A DNA stretch of 32,000 nucleotides from Pyrodictium occultum (GCF_001462395.1 NZ_LNTB01000001.1:810001-842000); one strand, 5' to 3'. Counted from the first letter of the stretch, positions 23,692-31,536 are shown. Notes: generated from the sequence alone by a model not told the origin. Translations and numbers: made by a program.

Positions 23692-25140
23692 CTAGCCCCT
23701 GGGGGCCCCCAGGGCCGCCGAGCCCTCCCCGAGGACGTAGTGGTAGCGGTAGAGCAGCCTCGTAGGGTAGACCTCGTACTCGAAGAGGGATTTGCGCAGC
23801 TCGAGGAGGCCGTAGCCGGCCAGCCTCCTACAAGCCTTCAGCACCGCGCCGGGCGGTATCGAGAGCCTGGCCGCTATCTCGTGCACCGTTACCCCGGGCT
23901 CCCGGGCGGCCAGGCGGGCTATCTCCTCGTAGAGCGGGTCGACGGCCAGTAGCGCCGCCGGCAGGTCCTCGGGGTATACGTAGAGCCGCCCCCGGGCCTC
24001 CGGCACCGAGGCCACGGCGCCCCGCAGCTCGAGCAGGGTGAGGCGGCGGCACAGCCTACGCCAGCCCGCCCCCAGCCTGGCCGCCAGCTCCTCAAGGCTC
24101 ATAGGCCCCGAGTCCCTCAGCAGCTCGACTATCCTCGCATCCATCTCGCGCGGCTTGTAGAGCCTGGCCAGGGGCCTCAGCACCAGCAGTCGGATCCTGC
24201 GGGGCGCCAGGCAGGCCAGCGAGGCGGCGAGCAACGCCAGGTAGGCGGGGAATGCCACGAGGGCTGCCGCGGCCAGGGCTCCGGGCAGCCCGCCTCCCGC
24301 GGCAGCCGCCACTCTCCCGAAAGGCCTGAGGAGGGCCAGGGCCGCGTTGTGCAGCACAGCCTTCACACGGTGCCTTGCCGGAGGGGGCTCCGGGGTGACG
24401 GCCTGCATCTCCTCCACCACTATGCCTGCTAGGAGCCCTGCCATCTCCGCCCCGTTGCCCTGGCTCACCACCGCCTTAACCGGGTTGAACGCGGCAGTGA
24501 CAACGACTCCGCGGCCGTACCTGTTGGCCAGTATGGCTGGGTGTCCCTCCTGGAAGGCGGCGAGCACACGGGCTCCCTGGGGCTCGAGGTGCATGGCGCC
24601 GTAGGTGTCGTTGTAGGCGTATACCCGCCCCCGGTAGACTATGTCGTAGAGGGGCGTGTCGGCGCTACTGGATGCTACACCGGCTACCCTGGCCCCAGCC
24701 ATGGACTCTAGAAGAGGGTGCCAGTGCTGCACGAAGGTGTTCATGCCTATGAAGAGCAGGTGGCCTCCCCTAACATACTCCGCCAGCGCCTCTATCTCAG
24801 CTGGTGTAAGCCGCCCGCCGTAGGTGAAGAGCCTGTTAAGGTCTGGTATGAGCACTGCGTCGTAGCGCCAGAGGAACGCGGGATCGCTGAGCCTTGCGCG
24901 CTCCGCGCCGGCGGAGGGGTAGCTCTTGCTCAGGTACAGCACTCTCACATCCACTTGGAGCCCGGCGGCGGCAGCGCTGTCGGCTATGCTGCGGGCCCAT
25001 AGTATGTCGTCAAAATCGCTGGCCACCACTAGCATGGAGCGGGGGCGGCCCGGGCCCCCGGCAGCGGAGGCGGCGGAGACGCTGCAGGCTAGGATAGCGG
25101 CTGCCAGCACCACTAGAACCGGGGCAGCGCTCCTAGGCAA
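23692..25140 (-). CDS. Membrane-spanning protein: signal peptide + extracytoplasmic domain + TM segment + two cytoplasmic winged-helix (ArsR/MarR-like) domains
   Basis: ORF track, 482 aa, TTG start. The N-terminus is MPRSAAPVLVVLAAAILACSVSAASAA. The hydrophobic block is GALAAAALVAFPAYLALLAASLACLA. The wHTH-like segments are RIVELLRDSGPMSLEELAARLGAGWRRLCRRLTLLELRG and VTVHEIAARLSIPPGAVLKACRRLAGYGLLE. It is a paralogue of 27170..28459. Confidence 0.7.
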   Translation of the reverse strand: MPRSAAPVLVVLAAAILACSVSAASAAGGPGRPRSMLVVASDFDDILWARSIADSAAAAGLQVDVRVLYLSKSYPSAGAERARLSDPAFLWRYDAVLIPDLNRLFTYGGRLTPAEIEALAEYVRGGHLLFIGMNTFVQHWHPLLESMAGARVAGVASSSADTPLYDIVYRGRVYAYNDTYGAMHLEPQGARVLAAFQEGHPAILANRYGRGVVVTAAFNPVKAVVSQGNGAEMAGLLAGIVVEEMQAVTPEPPPARHRVKAVLHNAALALLRPFGRVAAAAGGGLPGALAAAALVAFPAYLALLAASLACLAPRRIRLLVLRPLARLYKPREMDARIVELLRDSGPMSLEELAARLGAGWRRLCRRLTLLELRGAVASVPEARGRLYVYPEDLPAALLAVDPLYEEIARLAAREPGVTVHEIAARLSIPPGAVLKACRRLAGYGLLELRKSLFEYEVYPTRLLYRYHYVLGEGSAALGAPRG

Positions 25141-25188
25141 ATACTACACCCTTCGCCTGAGCCTGGAGAGCCTCTAGGCGGCCTCCGG

Positions 25189-25196
25189 CTTTAAAG
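25189..25196 (-). promoter_or_regulatory. TATA-box candidate (ctttaaag) for the 482-aa gene
   Basis: The palindromic TTTAAA at 25190-25195 lies about 50 nt upstream of TTG 25140, in the 79-nt spacer after the GT2 gene. Confidence 0.35.
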
Positions 25197-25219
25197 CTGC
25201 CAGCACGGCTCTCCAACAA

Positions 25220-26677
25220 TTATGCAGCGCCCCATGTAATCCTCTCGCGGAGCAGCGCTCTTATCATGGCATCAGTCTTAGCCACCGCCAGCAGCGGGAT
25301 GTAGAGGAGCGTGTATATGAACGCGTAGGGCGCTATCCTCACGGCACTCCCTGCCCCGTACTCGGCCCCATACGCTACTATAATGCTGAGAGACCCCATT
25401 ATGACCGTGGAAGCCAGCGCGGCCAGATAGGCTGCCAGGAAGACCGGCAGGGGGAGGGCCAGCACCTCTAGCCCGAGCAGCCCGTAGACAGCCACTATAG
25501 CTGCCAGCGTTATGTAGCCGGCTACATGGAGCAGGGGGAGGAGATACTCGACGCCCAGAAGGTAGACAGCCAGCAGCCGCCCATAGAGGTAGGAGGCGTG
25601 CCCAGCCCTCCGGAGGCCCAGCAGGTTTGCATGCTTGAGGAGAACCTGGAGGCCCCCAGCATACCAGCGTATCCGCTGCCTATAGAGGCCCCGGAGGCTC
25701 GAGGGCGTGATGGTGTAAGCCACGGCGCTGTGCTCGTAGCCAGTCCTCAGCCCCCTCTTCCACACCATTACGGTGAGGTCGAAGTCCTCCGCTAGAGTGT
25801 CCTCCGGTATGCCACGCTCAGCCAGGGGCTTCAATACTATGGAGCGGAAGGCGCTGAACGCGCCCGAGAGTATCAGCGTGGCCCTGCTGACCGCGTCCTC
25901 CATGAAGCGGCCCAGCTCAAAGCCGAGGAAGTACTCTATGCGCTGCATCCAGTAGAGGAGGCCCCCATGCCCGGCCGGGATGAGGCGGCCGCACACGGCC
26001 CCCAGCCCGTCCTCGTAGAGGAGCCTGGACACGAGCCTCCTGACCGCGTCCCTCTCCGGCACCGTGTCAGCGTCAAGGACGATTATGACGTCTCCAGTGG
26101 CTCTCCGTATACCCGTGGTTAGCGCCTCGGCCTTCCCCAGGTTGACCTCGTGCCTCACAGCCCTTATGAACGGGTACCTCCTAGCATAGCTGCTCACTAT
26201 AGACCAGGTGCCGTCCGTGGAGCCGTCGTCAACGATTATCACCTCCATCAGCTCCCTCGGGTAGTCCTGATGGAGGAGGGCGCGCAGGACACGGCCGATA
26301 ACCTGCTCGCCATTGAACACCGGGATCTCTACCGAGACCCTCGCCGGTATCCCCGGGTGCAGCCGCCCCCCGGGATGAGCCTTGTAGACCCTGGCCAGCA
26401 CGAGCTTACTGAAGACCCTCGACGCGTAGAAGGCTGCCGTCACGCCCCCGATGAGGCTGTAGAGGAGGACGACCAAGGGGAGCCCCGGGCTAGCCGCGCC
26501 CCGGCCGAGGTGGAGGGCCTCCACCAGCCGGTCCATGATCACGCGGGCTAGGAGGAGCCCTAGGGCGAACCAGAGTACGCCCCCGGCTATCCCCACGAGC
26601 CTGGTCTGCCACCTGGCTGCACTCCCCAGCCTGTAGCCCTTCCCCGCGGTCATTGAGCCCTCTACGCTACCGGTCAC
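25220..26677 (-). CDS. Processive family-2 glycosyltransferase (PgaC/NodC/cellulose-synthase-like beta-glycan synthase), multi-TM
   Basis: ORF track, 485 aa (GTG 26677; ATG alternative at 26653). Motifs in canonical order: VIIVDDGSTDGT, VLDADT, SGAFSAFR, TLAEDFDLT and YRQRIRWYAGG (QxxRW). There are two N-terminal and several C-terminal TM helices. Confidence 0.9.
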   Translation of the reverse strand: MTGSVEGSMTAGKGYRLGSAARWQTRLVGIAGGVLWFALGLLLARVIMDRLVEALHLGRGAASPGLPLVVLLYSLIGGVTAAFYASRVFSKLVLARVYKAHPGGRLHPGIPARVSVEIPVFNGEQVIGRVLRALLHQDYPRELMEVIIVDDGSTDGTWSIVSSYARRYPFIRAVRHEVNLGKAEALTTGIRRATGDVIIVLDADTVPERDAVRRLVSRLLYEDGLGAVCGRLIPAGHGGLLYWMQRIEYFLGFELGRFMEDAVSRATLILSGAFSAFRSIVLKPLAERGIPEDTLAEDFDLTVMVWKRGLRTGYEHSAVAYTITPSSLRGLYRQRIRWYAGGLQVLLKHANLLGLRRAGHASYLYGRLLAVYLLGVEYLLPLLHVAGYITLAAIVAVYGLLGLEVLALPLPVFLAAYLAALASTVIMGSLSIIVAYGAEYGAGSAVRIAPYAFIYTLLYIPLLAVAKTDAMIRALLRERITWGAA

Positions 26678-27189
26678 AGCCTCCCCCCTCTCCTAATGAC
26701 CTCTGCCGCCTCAAGCGAGAGGAGTAGCGCCACGCTGCCGAGGAGGAGCAGGGGCCCGGCAATACTGTGCATCGATGCCGCAGCCTCCACGCCAAGCTTC
26801 TCAGCGGCAGCGGCTACGAGGAGTATGCGCAGTATGTTGGCGAGGTATATGACGAGGAAGCCTGCCGTGAGCCAGTAGAGCCTCCTCCAGAGCCTCATGG
26901 GGAGGAGCAGCGAGGCGGCTAGGAATATCGTGTAGGATACCAGGCCGCTGCAATGCCAGTCTATCCTAAGCCCGACCACCTCCCCGCCGCGGATGATGTA
27001 GATAGTCCTCCCTACCCTTACATGGCTCACCCCGGCCAGGTCCAGTATGGCGCTCAGGCTGGCCGCCTCCACCTCCAACGGCCTGTCGCCGGCCAGGCCC
27101 GCCGCAGCCCAGACCAGGACCGCGGCCGCTAGGGCGGCAGCCGCCCGGCCGGCCAGCCTGCCCAGCAGCCTAGGCATAGGCCTCGCCAC
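26674..27189 (-). CDS. Minimal exosortase/archaeosortase-family protein (171 aa)
   Basis: ORF track, 171 aa (GTG 27189; ATG at 27177). It has the ordered Cys/Arg/His hallmarks of the family, set in TM helices: RIDWHCSGLVSYTIFL, VIYLANILRILLV and ASMHSIAGPLLLLG. Its TGA 26676-26674 overlaps the GT2 GTG 26677. Its start overlaps the upstream gene's stop (27172-27170). Confidence 0.6.
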   Translation of the reverse strand: MARPMPRLLGRLAGRAAAALAAAVLVWAAAGLAGDRPLEVEAASLSAILDLAGVSHVRVGRTIYIIRGGEVVGLRIDWHCSGLVSYTIFLAASLLLPMRLWRRLYWLTAGFLVIYLANILRILLVAAAAEKLGVEAAASMHSIAGPLLLLGSVALLLSLEAAEVIRRGGRL

Positions 27190-28459
27190 CGCGGGCTAGA
27201 AGCCTGGGTACCAGCCTAAGGGCCCAGTCGGAGAGCCGGTAGCCGTAGCCGGCCTCCTCCACGACGTTATGCACGCGTAGAACATCGATATGATGCTTAA
27301 CGGTGGACTTGCTCATGCCCAGAGCGCGGGCGAGCTGAGATATACTGGCAGGCGACTGGAGCAGCGCCTCCGCTATCCGGCGCCGCGGCTCAGCCTCGAG
27401 GAGGAATGCGAGCACGGCTTCAACGGCTCTCCCCCTCCTATAGTATATCTGCGTGTTCAGCACCCTGCGGGTCTCGAGGAGCCCCGCGTCCACGAGCAGG
27501 GTTAGGTGCCAGAGCGCCGGCGTCCTCTTCAGCCCCAGCTCCCTCACAACCATGCCGAGCGTCACGTAGCCCCGCCTCTCAGCCAGCTCCAGGATCTTAG
27601 CCCTCACCGGGTGCTTGGCGGCGTCCGCCCCGCGTATTCGGTGGGCCAGTACCGCTACAGCCGCCCAGGGCCTCATGAGGTGCCGGAGCATCCTCTCTCC
27701 ACGGCTGCTGCTGGAGCTAGACTGGGCGGCGGCAGCGCTGAGGGCGGCGGCGACAGCTGCGGCGGCCAGAGCCGTGCCCAGGCCCCCGGCCAGGTAGCTG
27801 TGGAGGGCCCGGACCAGCCTGGTGAACCCCTTCTCCCCGTCGATGGTGGGCCAGACCGGGTTGAAGAAGAGGAGCACCAGCCTCCCACGGCCATAATGCA
27901 TCGCAACTATCGCCGGGTCGCCGTCGCTGAACCGCGCCAGCACCCTCCAGCCCGCCTGAGGCAGGACGCGGAAACGGCGGTACTTCCACGTCTTGTACAC
28001 TATGCTCGCCGGAGCACCGTGGAGCTGGAGGCCGAGGGAAGCGTGGATAGCGTGAACACCGCTCCCCTCATCCTTAGCCACCAACCCTACTCTTGCGAGC
28101 ACGCCCGGCTCGTAGACGCTGATAGCCCGCAGCGTGTTGTAGCCGAGCACCACGGTGGCGCCCTTCTCCGCGAGCTCTAGCAGCCTCTCCCCGAGGCCCC
28201 GGGGCCAGCCGCCGCAGCTGGGGGCGTTGTAGTCGAGCACGTACACGTAGCCGGGGACCGTGTCCGGCAGCACGCACTTCGCGGGCGTGAACCCGGCCCC
28301 AAGCTCCTCGAGGAAGAGTAGATCGCCCCGGTCGCTCGCCAGGAATACTGCCCCCTGCCCCGCCAGGGCCGGCGCGGCTGCAGCGGCCGCAAGCGCGGCG
28401 GCCAGCGCCACCGCCACCGGCTGGAGCCTTGCCCCCACCCTGCCCATAGCCGTGTACAC
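27170..28459 (-). CDS. Membrane-spanning protein: signal peptide + extracytoplasmic domain + TM segment + two cytoplasmic ArsR-type winged-helix domains
   Basis: ORF track, 429 aa (GTG 28459; ATG at 28447 gives MGRVGARLQPVAVALAAALAAAAAAPALAG). The TM segment is GLGTALAAAAVAAALSAAAA. The wHTH segments are HPVRAKILELAERRGYVTLGMVVRELGLKRTPALWHLTLLVDAGLLE and RRRIAEALLQSPASISQLARALGMSKSTVKHHIDVLRVHNVVE. Confidence 0.7.
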   Translation of the reverse strand: MYTAMGRVGARLQPVAVALAAALAAAAAAPALAGQGAVFLASDRGDLLFLEELGAGFTPAKCVLPDTVPGYVYVLDYNAPSCGGWPRGLGERLLELAEKGATVVLGYNTLRAISVYEPGVLARVGLVAKDEGSGVHAIHASLGLQLHGAPASIVYKTWKYRRFRVLPQAGWRVLARFSDGDPAIVAMHYGRGRLVLLFFNPVWPTIDGEKGFTRLVRALHSYLAGGLGTALAAAAVAAALSAAAAQSSSSSSRGERMLRHLMRPWAAVAVLAHRIRGADAAKHPVRAKILELAERRGYVTLGMVVRELGLKRTPALWHLTLLVDAGLLETRRVLNTQIYYRRGRAVEAVLAFLLEAEPRRRIAEALLQSPASISQLARALGMSKSTVKHHIDVLRVHNVVEEAGYGYRLSDWALRLVPRLLARGGEAYA

Positions 28460-28670
28460 CCTAGGCTCCGTCGAGCGGCGCCCCAGTCCTCCTGGCGGCC
28501 GAGGCTGCCCCCGGGGCCTCGGCCCCTCCCAGCCCTCCCGCGAGCGTAATGCAGCACAGCGCCGGTGCGCGGCCCCCCCCGGGGAGCCCTCTGGTATAGC
28601 TGTGCGCGACCGGCCTTATAGCGGGGATAGAACGGTGCTCGAACACCCAGGGGTACGGGGGCCCGAGGGG

Positions 28671-29429
28671 CTAGAGGCTCTCGAGGATGGCCCTGGCGAG
28701 CAGGGCCACGCCGCCACCGCTCTCGCCGGGGAGGATCAGGTCCGCCCCCTCCCGCAGCCTCGGGTCCGCGTTCCCCACGGCGGCCAGGGTTACGCCCGCA
28801 TCCCTCATCTCGAGGTCCATGGCCGAGTCCCCGACGGCCACCACGCAGCCGGGCTCCAGCCCCGCCATGCGCATGGCCACCCGGAGCCCCAGACCCTTGC
28901 TCGCCTCCAGCGGCCTCACGTGGAGCGCGTAGCCGCTATGGCTCAGCTTGGCCCGGAGCCCCCTCTCCCGGAGCACCCTCTCCGCCATCCTCCAGGCCTC
29001 CTCCGGGCCCACGCGGCGCACCAGGAACGCGTAGTCGTGGATCCTGCACCGGTTCTGCCAGCTCGGCTCCAGCAGCCCCCCGAGCTCCTCCTCCAGCGCC
29101 TCCGCGGCAGCCCTCGCAGTCCCCCGGCAGGCGTGGACAACGCTGCCACGCTGGTAGACCAGGCACCCGTTCTCCGCCACATGCGGGCCCCGCACCCCTA
29201 TGTACCGCGCGACCCCCGCAGCCACCATGACGGAGTTCCCGGTGACCAGGATAACCCGAACCCCGGCATCCTCCAGCCTCCTCAGCGCCTCCACAGCCTC
29301 CAGGCTCAGGCGGAAGTCGCCGCTAACCCTCCTCTCCGTAATCGTCCCGTCAATATCCACCGCAACCCCGCAGACCCTCCCAGGGAGGAGACGGGCCAGC
29401 TCACCCGCACTAGCCACACCCGCCAACAC
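28671..29429 (-). CDS. HAD-superfamily phosphatase, archaeal phosphoglycolate-phosphatase-like (Cof/IIB type)
   Basis: ORF track, 252 aa. Motifs: VAVDIDGTIT (motif I), ILVTGNS, SKG, and VAVGDSAMDLEM (motif IV). It is collinear with my recollection of Pyrococcus PH1421-type enzymes. Confidence 0.8.
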   Translation of the reverse strand: MLAGVASAGELARLLPGRVCGVAVDIDGTITERRVSGDFRLSLEAVEALRRLEDAGVRVILVTGNSVMVAAGVARYIGVRGPHVAENGCLVYQRGSVVHACRGTARAAAEALEEELGGLLEPSWQNRCRIHDYAFLVRRVGPEEAWRMAERVLRERGLRAKLSHSGYALHVRPLEASKGLGLRVAMRMAGLEPGCVVAVGDSAMDLEMRDAGVTLAAVGNADPRLREGADLILPGESGGGVALLARAILESL

Positions 29430-29746
29430 AGCCCCCAGGAGGCGCCCCCGGCCCCTGCCCCGCAGTAATTAGGATTCAAGCCCCCAGGAAGCAGGCACGG
29501 CAGCCCCGAAGACGCCTAGGTGGAGCACTGGCGCGGAACACGTGATGCCGGCGCCGAGCAGCCCTGTAGACCCCTACAGGCAACCAAACAATTACATGGT
29601 AAATCTCATAATAGTTTATTCCAAGCCTTAATACGTATTTATAATTCAGTTCGAGATACCGCAGCCTAATAACCGACTATAAGCTATAAACGGAATGGCC
29701 AGGACCCCGGGTGTTACCCGGCGAGGGCGGCAGCCGGGGCAGCTCA

Positions 29747-29788
29747 CCCCAGGAGCCCGGAGGGATCGTCGCCTCCGGGCTCCTGGGG
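29747..29788. repeat. Perfect 17-bp inverted repeat with 8-nt loop (strong hairpin) in an intergenic spacer
   Basis: ccccaggagcccggagg (29747-29763), loop gatcgtcg (29764-29771), cctccgggctcctgggg (29772-29788). The right arm is the exact reverse complement of the left arm. Confidence 0.9.
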
Positions 29789-29827
29789 AGGCGCCTCACA
29801 CCGCATTACAGGACCTTCCTCTCTCCC

Positions 29828-29837
29828 TTTATAAATT
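29828..29837 (+). promoter_or_regulatory. Consensus-like TATA element tttataaatt
   Basis: It lies 40 nt downstream of the hairpin and about 185-195 nt upstream of the wHTH regulator start. A second candidate, acatataatgg, lies near 29938-29948. Which one, if either, drives the regulator is unknown. Confidence 0.3.
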
Positions 29838-30021
29838 ATGTTATTCCTTAGTGAAGGATGCCCCGGGATTCCATGCGCCTCCCCTGCGGGCTTGTGGAGC
29901 TGTCTCGAAGCTGATTGTTCGAGAAACCGTCTAGCCTACATATAATGGTGTGCCCCAGCTTTCCTGGCGGATTAGGAGTTGCATAGATTAGAGTGTGCAG
30001 AGTACTAACATTACAGTTGTG

Positions 30022-30447
30022 ATGGTTGTGATGGAGGTAATATTCGTGGAGGAGCACCCGCTCCGGGCCCGGATACTCCAGCTGCTCAGGGAGCATGGCG
30101 CGGTATACTATAGCGAGCTCCTGCGCAGCCTTGAGGCCTCGCGGGCTACGCTCAGCTGGCACCTCTACGTGCTGCTGCGGGAGGGGCGTGTCGGGGCCAT
30201 CCGGTACCGTAGGTATACCATCTACTACCTCCGGGGCCGCGAGCTCGAGGCCGTCAGGAGTATAGCTGGGAGGGATAGGCTGTTCTGCAGCGTTCTACGC
30301 GACCTGGCGGCGGGCGCCCGGCCGGAGGAGGTGGCGGCTCGCTACGGGATAAGCGTCAGGGGGCTAGAGGGCCTGCGGGAGCTCGCCAGGAGGCTCCGGG
30401 GCAGGCTCGATGAGGTCTGCGGCGAGGAGCAGAATGTAGGCGAGTGA
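30022..30447 (+). CDS. Small winged-helix (ArsR-like) transcriptional regulator
   Basis: Track ORF starts at 29995; the likely starts are ATG 30022 or 30031 (MEVIFVEEHPLRARILQLL...). HPLRARILQLLREHGAVYYSELLRSLEASRATLSWHLYVLLREGRV resembles the first wHTH of the 429-aa membrane protein. Confidence 0.7.
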   Translation: MVVMEVIFVEEHPLRARILQLLREHGAVYYSELLRSLEASRATLSWHLYVLLREGRVGAIRYRRYTIYYLRGRELEAVRSIAGRDRLFCSVLRDLAAGARPEEVAARYGISVRGLEGLRELARRLRGRLDEVCGEEQNVGE

Positions 30448-30747
30448 ATGGCTCCCAGGCCAATCCCCGGGCTCTCCACGCCCGACCCCCCAGCCAGGCC
30501 CCTGCCCGGGCGGGGGTGGAGGGGCCCCGAAGGGATAGGGGGCTGGAGACACGTCCCCTAGGGGCAGCGTATCCGGCGGCCAGGGGGATGAGGCCCCTGC
30601 CCCCAGGCCTCCCCTCGGGGAGCCTCCACTGCATCACCCTGGCGGCAGTCTAGGGGGCTCGCAGCCGGCCTCCGCTGGAGGCAGCCCTCCCCTGCGGCAC
30701 CCCTGGGCACTCCCCCGGGGCTCTAGAGCAGTAGTGTTCGAGAGCCG

Positions 30748-30765
30748 TACTATACCCCTTATATT
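30748..30765 (+). promoter_or_regulatory. TATA-like elements (gtactatacc / cttatatt) upstream of the secreted-protein gene
   Basis: They lie about 55-70 nt upstream of GTG 30820. A GGAGGTGG Shine-Dalgarno-like sequence at 30805-30812 lies 8 nt before the start. Confidence 0.4.
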
Positions 30766-30819
30766 GGCTGAAAGCCTCCCAGAGGCCCCGGCGGCCATGG
30801 AGTTCGGAGGTGGCTGGCG

Positions 30820-31536
30820 GTGAGGCTGCAGGGCAGGCGCAGGGCAACCCTACTAGTCATCCTGGCGGCGGTGGCAGCCCTGTCGGTAGCTAACGCGAGC
30901 GTTTTCGCCTACCGGACACTCTATGGCAACGTCAAGATAGCTGATATAACGCAGGGCCAGGACCAGACCAGCATAACGCAGTATGGCCTGGCATGCGTAG
31001 GCTTCTACACGAGCGACTCTATAGAGGATCGGGGTGTGCTGCCCACCGCGGGCACGAACTACAACGCTGCGCCGATAGGGACCACGAGCACCGGCGGCTG
31101 GTACGGCGTGAATGTAGTCCCCGGAGACGTTGCCTGCAGCTGGACAAACACGAGCACCAATAACACCAACACGCTCTACAAGACAGCGACAGTGTATATA
31201 AACGTCACTAACGGTGACTGGTACTTCAAGGACATACTCGGCTTCGGCTACCCCAACATAACGAGCAGCCCAAGCCCCGCCTACGTGACAGTGCGTGTCG
31301 AGGGAGCCCTCAGCAACACCAACATAACTGAAGCTCTACTGAAGATATACGATGCTAGTAGCGGGAACCTCAGAGGGCAGATAGACCTGAAGAACAACGG
31401 CGACTACATCAACTTCACGCTGATGCCCGGCCAGGGAGTCCAGATAGACCTGGATCTCTCCGCCACCGGTGCTGTATCACTCGACAACTTCACAGTGAGG
31501 TTCTACATATCGCCGAGCAGCGAGCAGCCTAGGTAG
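30820..31536 (+). CDS. Secreted, sequon-rich beta-type protein; candidate TasA/AbpA-like fibre subunit with SipW-type signal peptide
   Basis: ORF track, 238 aa, GTG start. The N-terminus MRLQGRRRATLLVILAAVAALSVANASVFAYRTLYGNV has a basic n-region, an h-region and an A.A..FAY segment resembling SipW-dependent signals. It has at least 8 N-x-S/T sequons (NAS, NTS, NNT, NVT, NIT x2, NFT x2) and no C-terminal anchor. It is followed by a signal peptidase gene. Confidence 0.6.
   Translation: MRLQGRRRATLLVILAAVAALSVANASVFAYRTLYGNVKIADITQGQDQTSITQYGLACVGFYTSDSIEDRGVLPTAGTNYNAAPIGTTSTGGWYGVNVVPGDVACSWTNTSTNNTNTLYKTATVYINVTNGDWYFKDILGFGYPNITSSPSPAYVTVRVEGALSNTNITEALLKIYDASSGNLRGQIDLKNNGDYINFTLMPGQGVQIDLDLSATGAVSLDNFTVRFYISPSSEQPR

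Noticed and set aside
28497-28524. 8-bp GC stem (ggccgagg / cctcggcc, 12-nt loop) upstream of the 429-aa gene
   Set aside because: Short GC palindromes of this size are expected by chance in DNA this GC-rich. It has no associated oligo-T or repeat copies.
28260-29468. 402-aa + strand ORF covering the HAD gene region
   Set aside because: It is antisense to a gene with clear HAD motifs (DIDGT, GDSAMD). Its translation is Pro/Arg/Ala-rich with no motifs. It is a shadow ORF.
29473-29492. tRNA T-arm-like ggattcaagccccc
   Set aside because: No complementary stem, acceptor or anticodon arm can be built around it.
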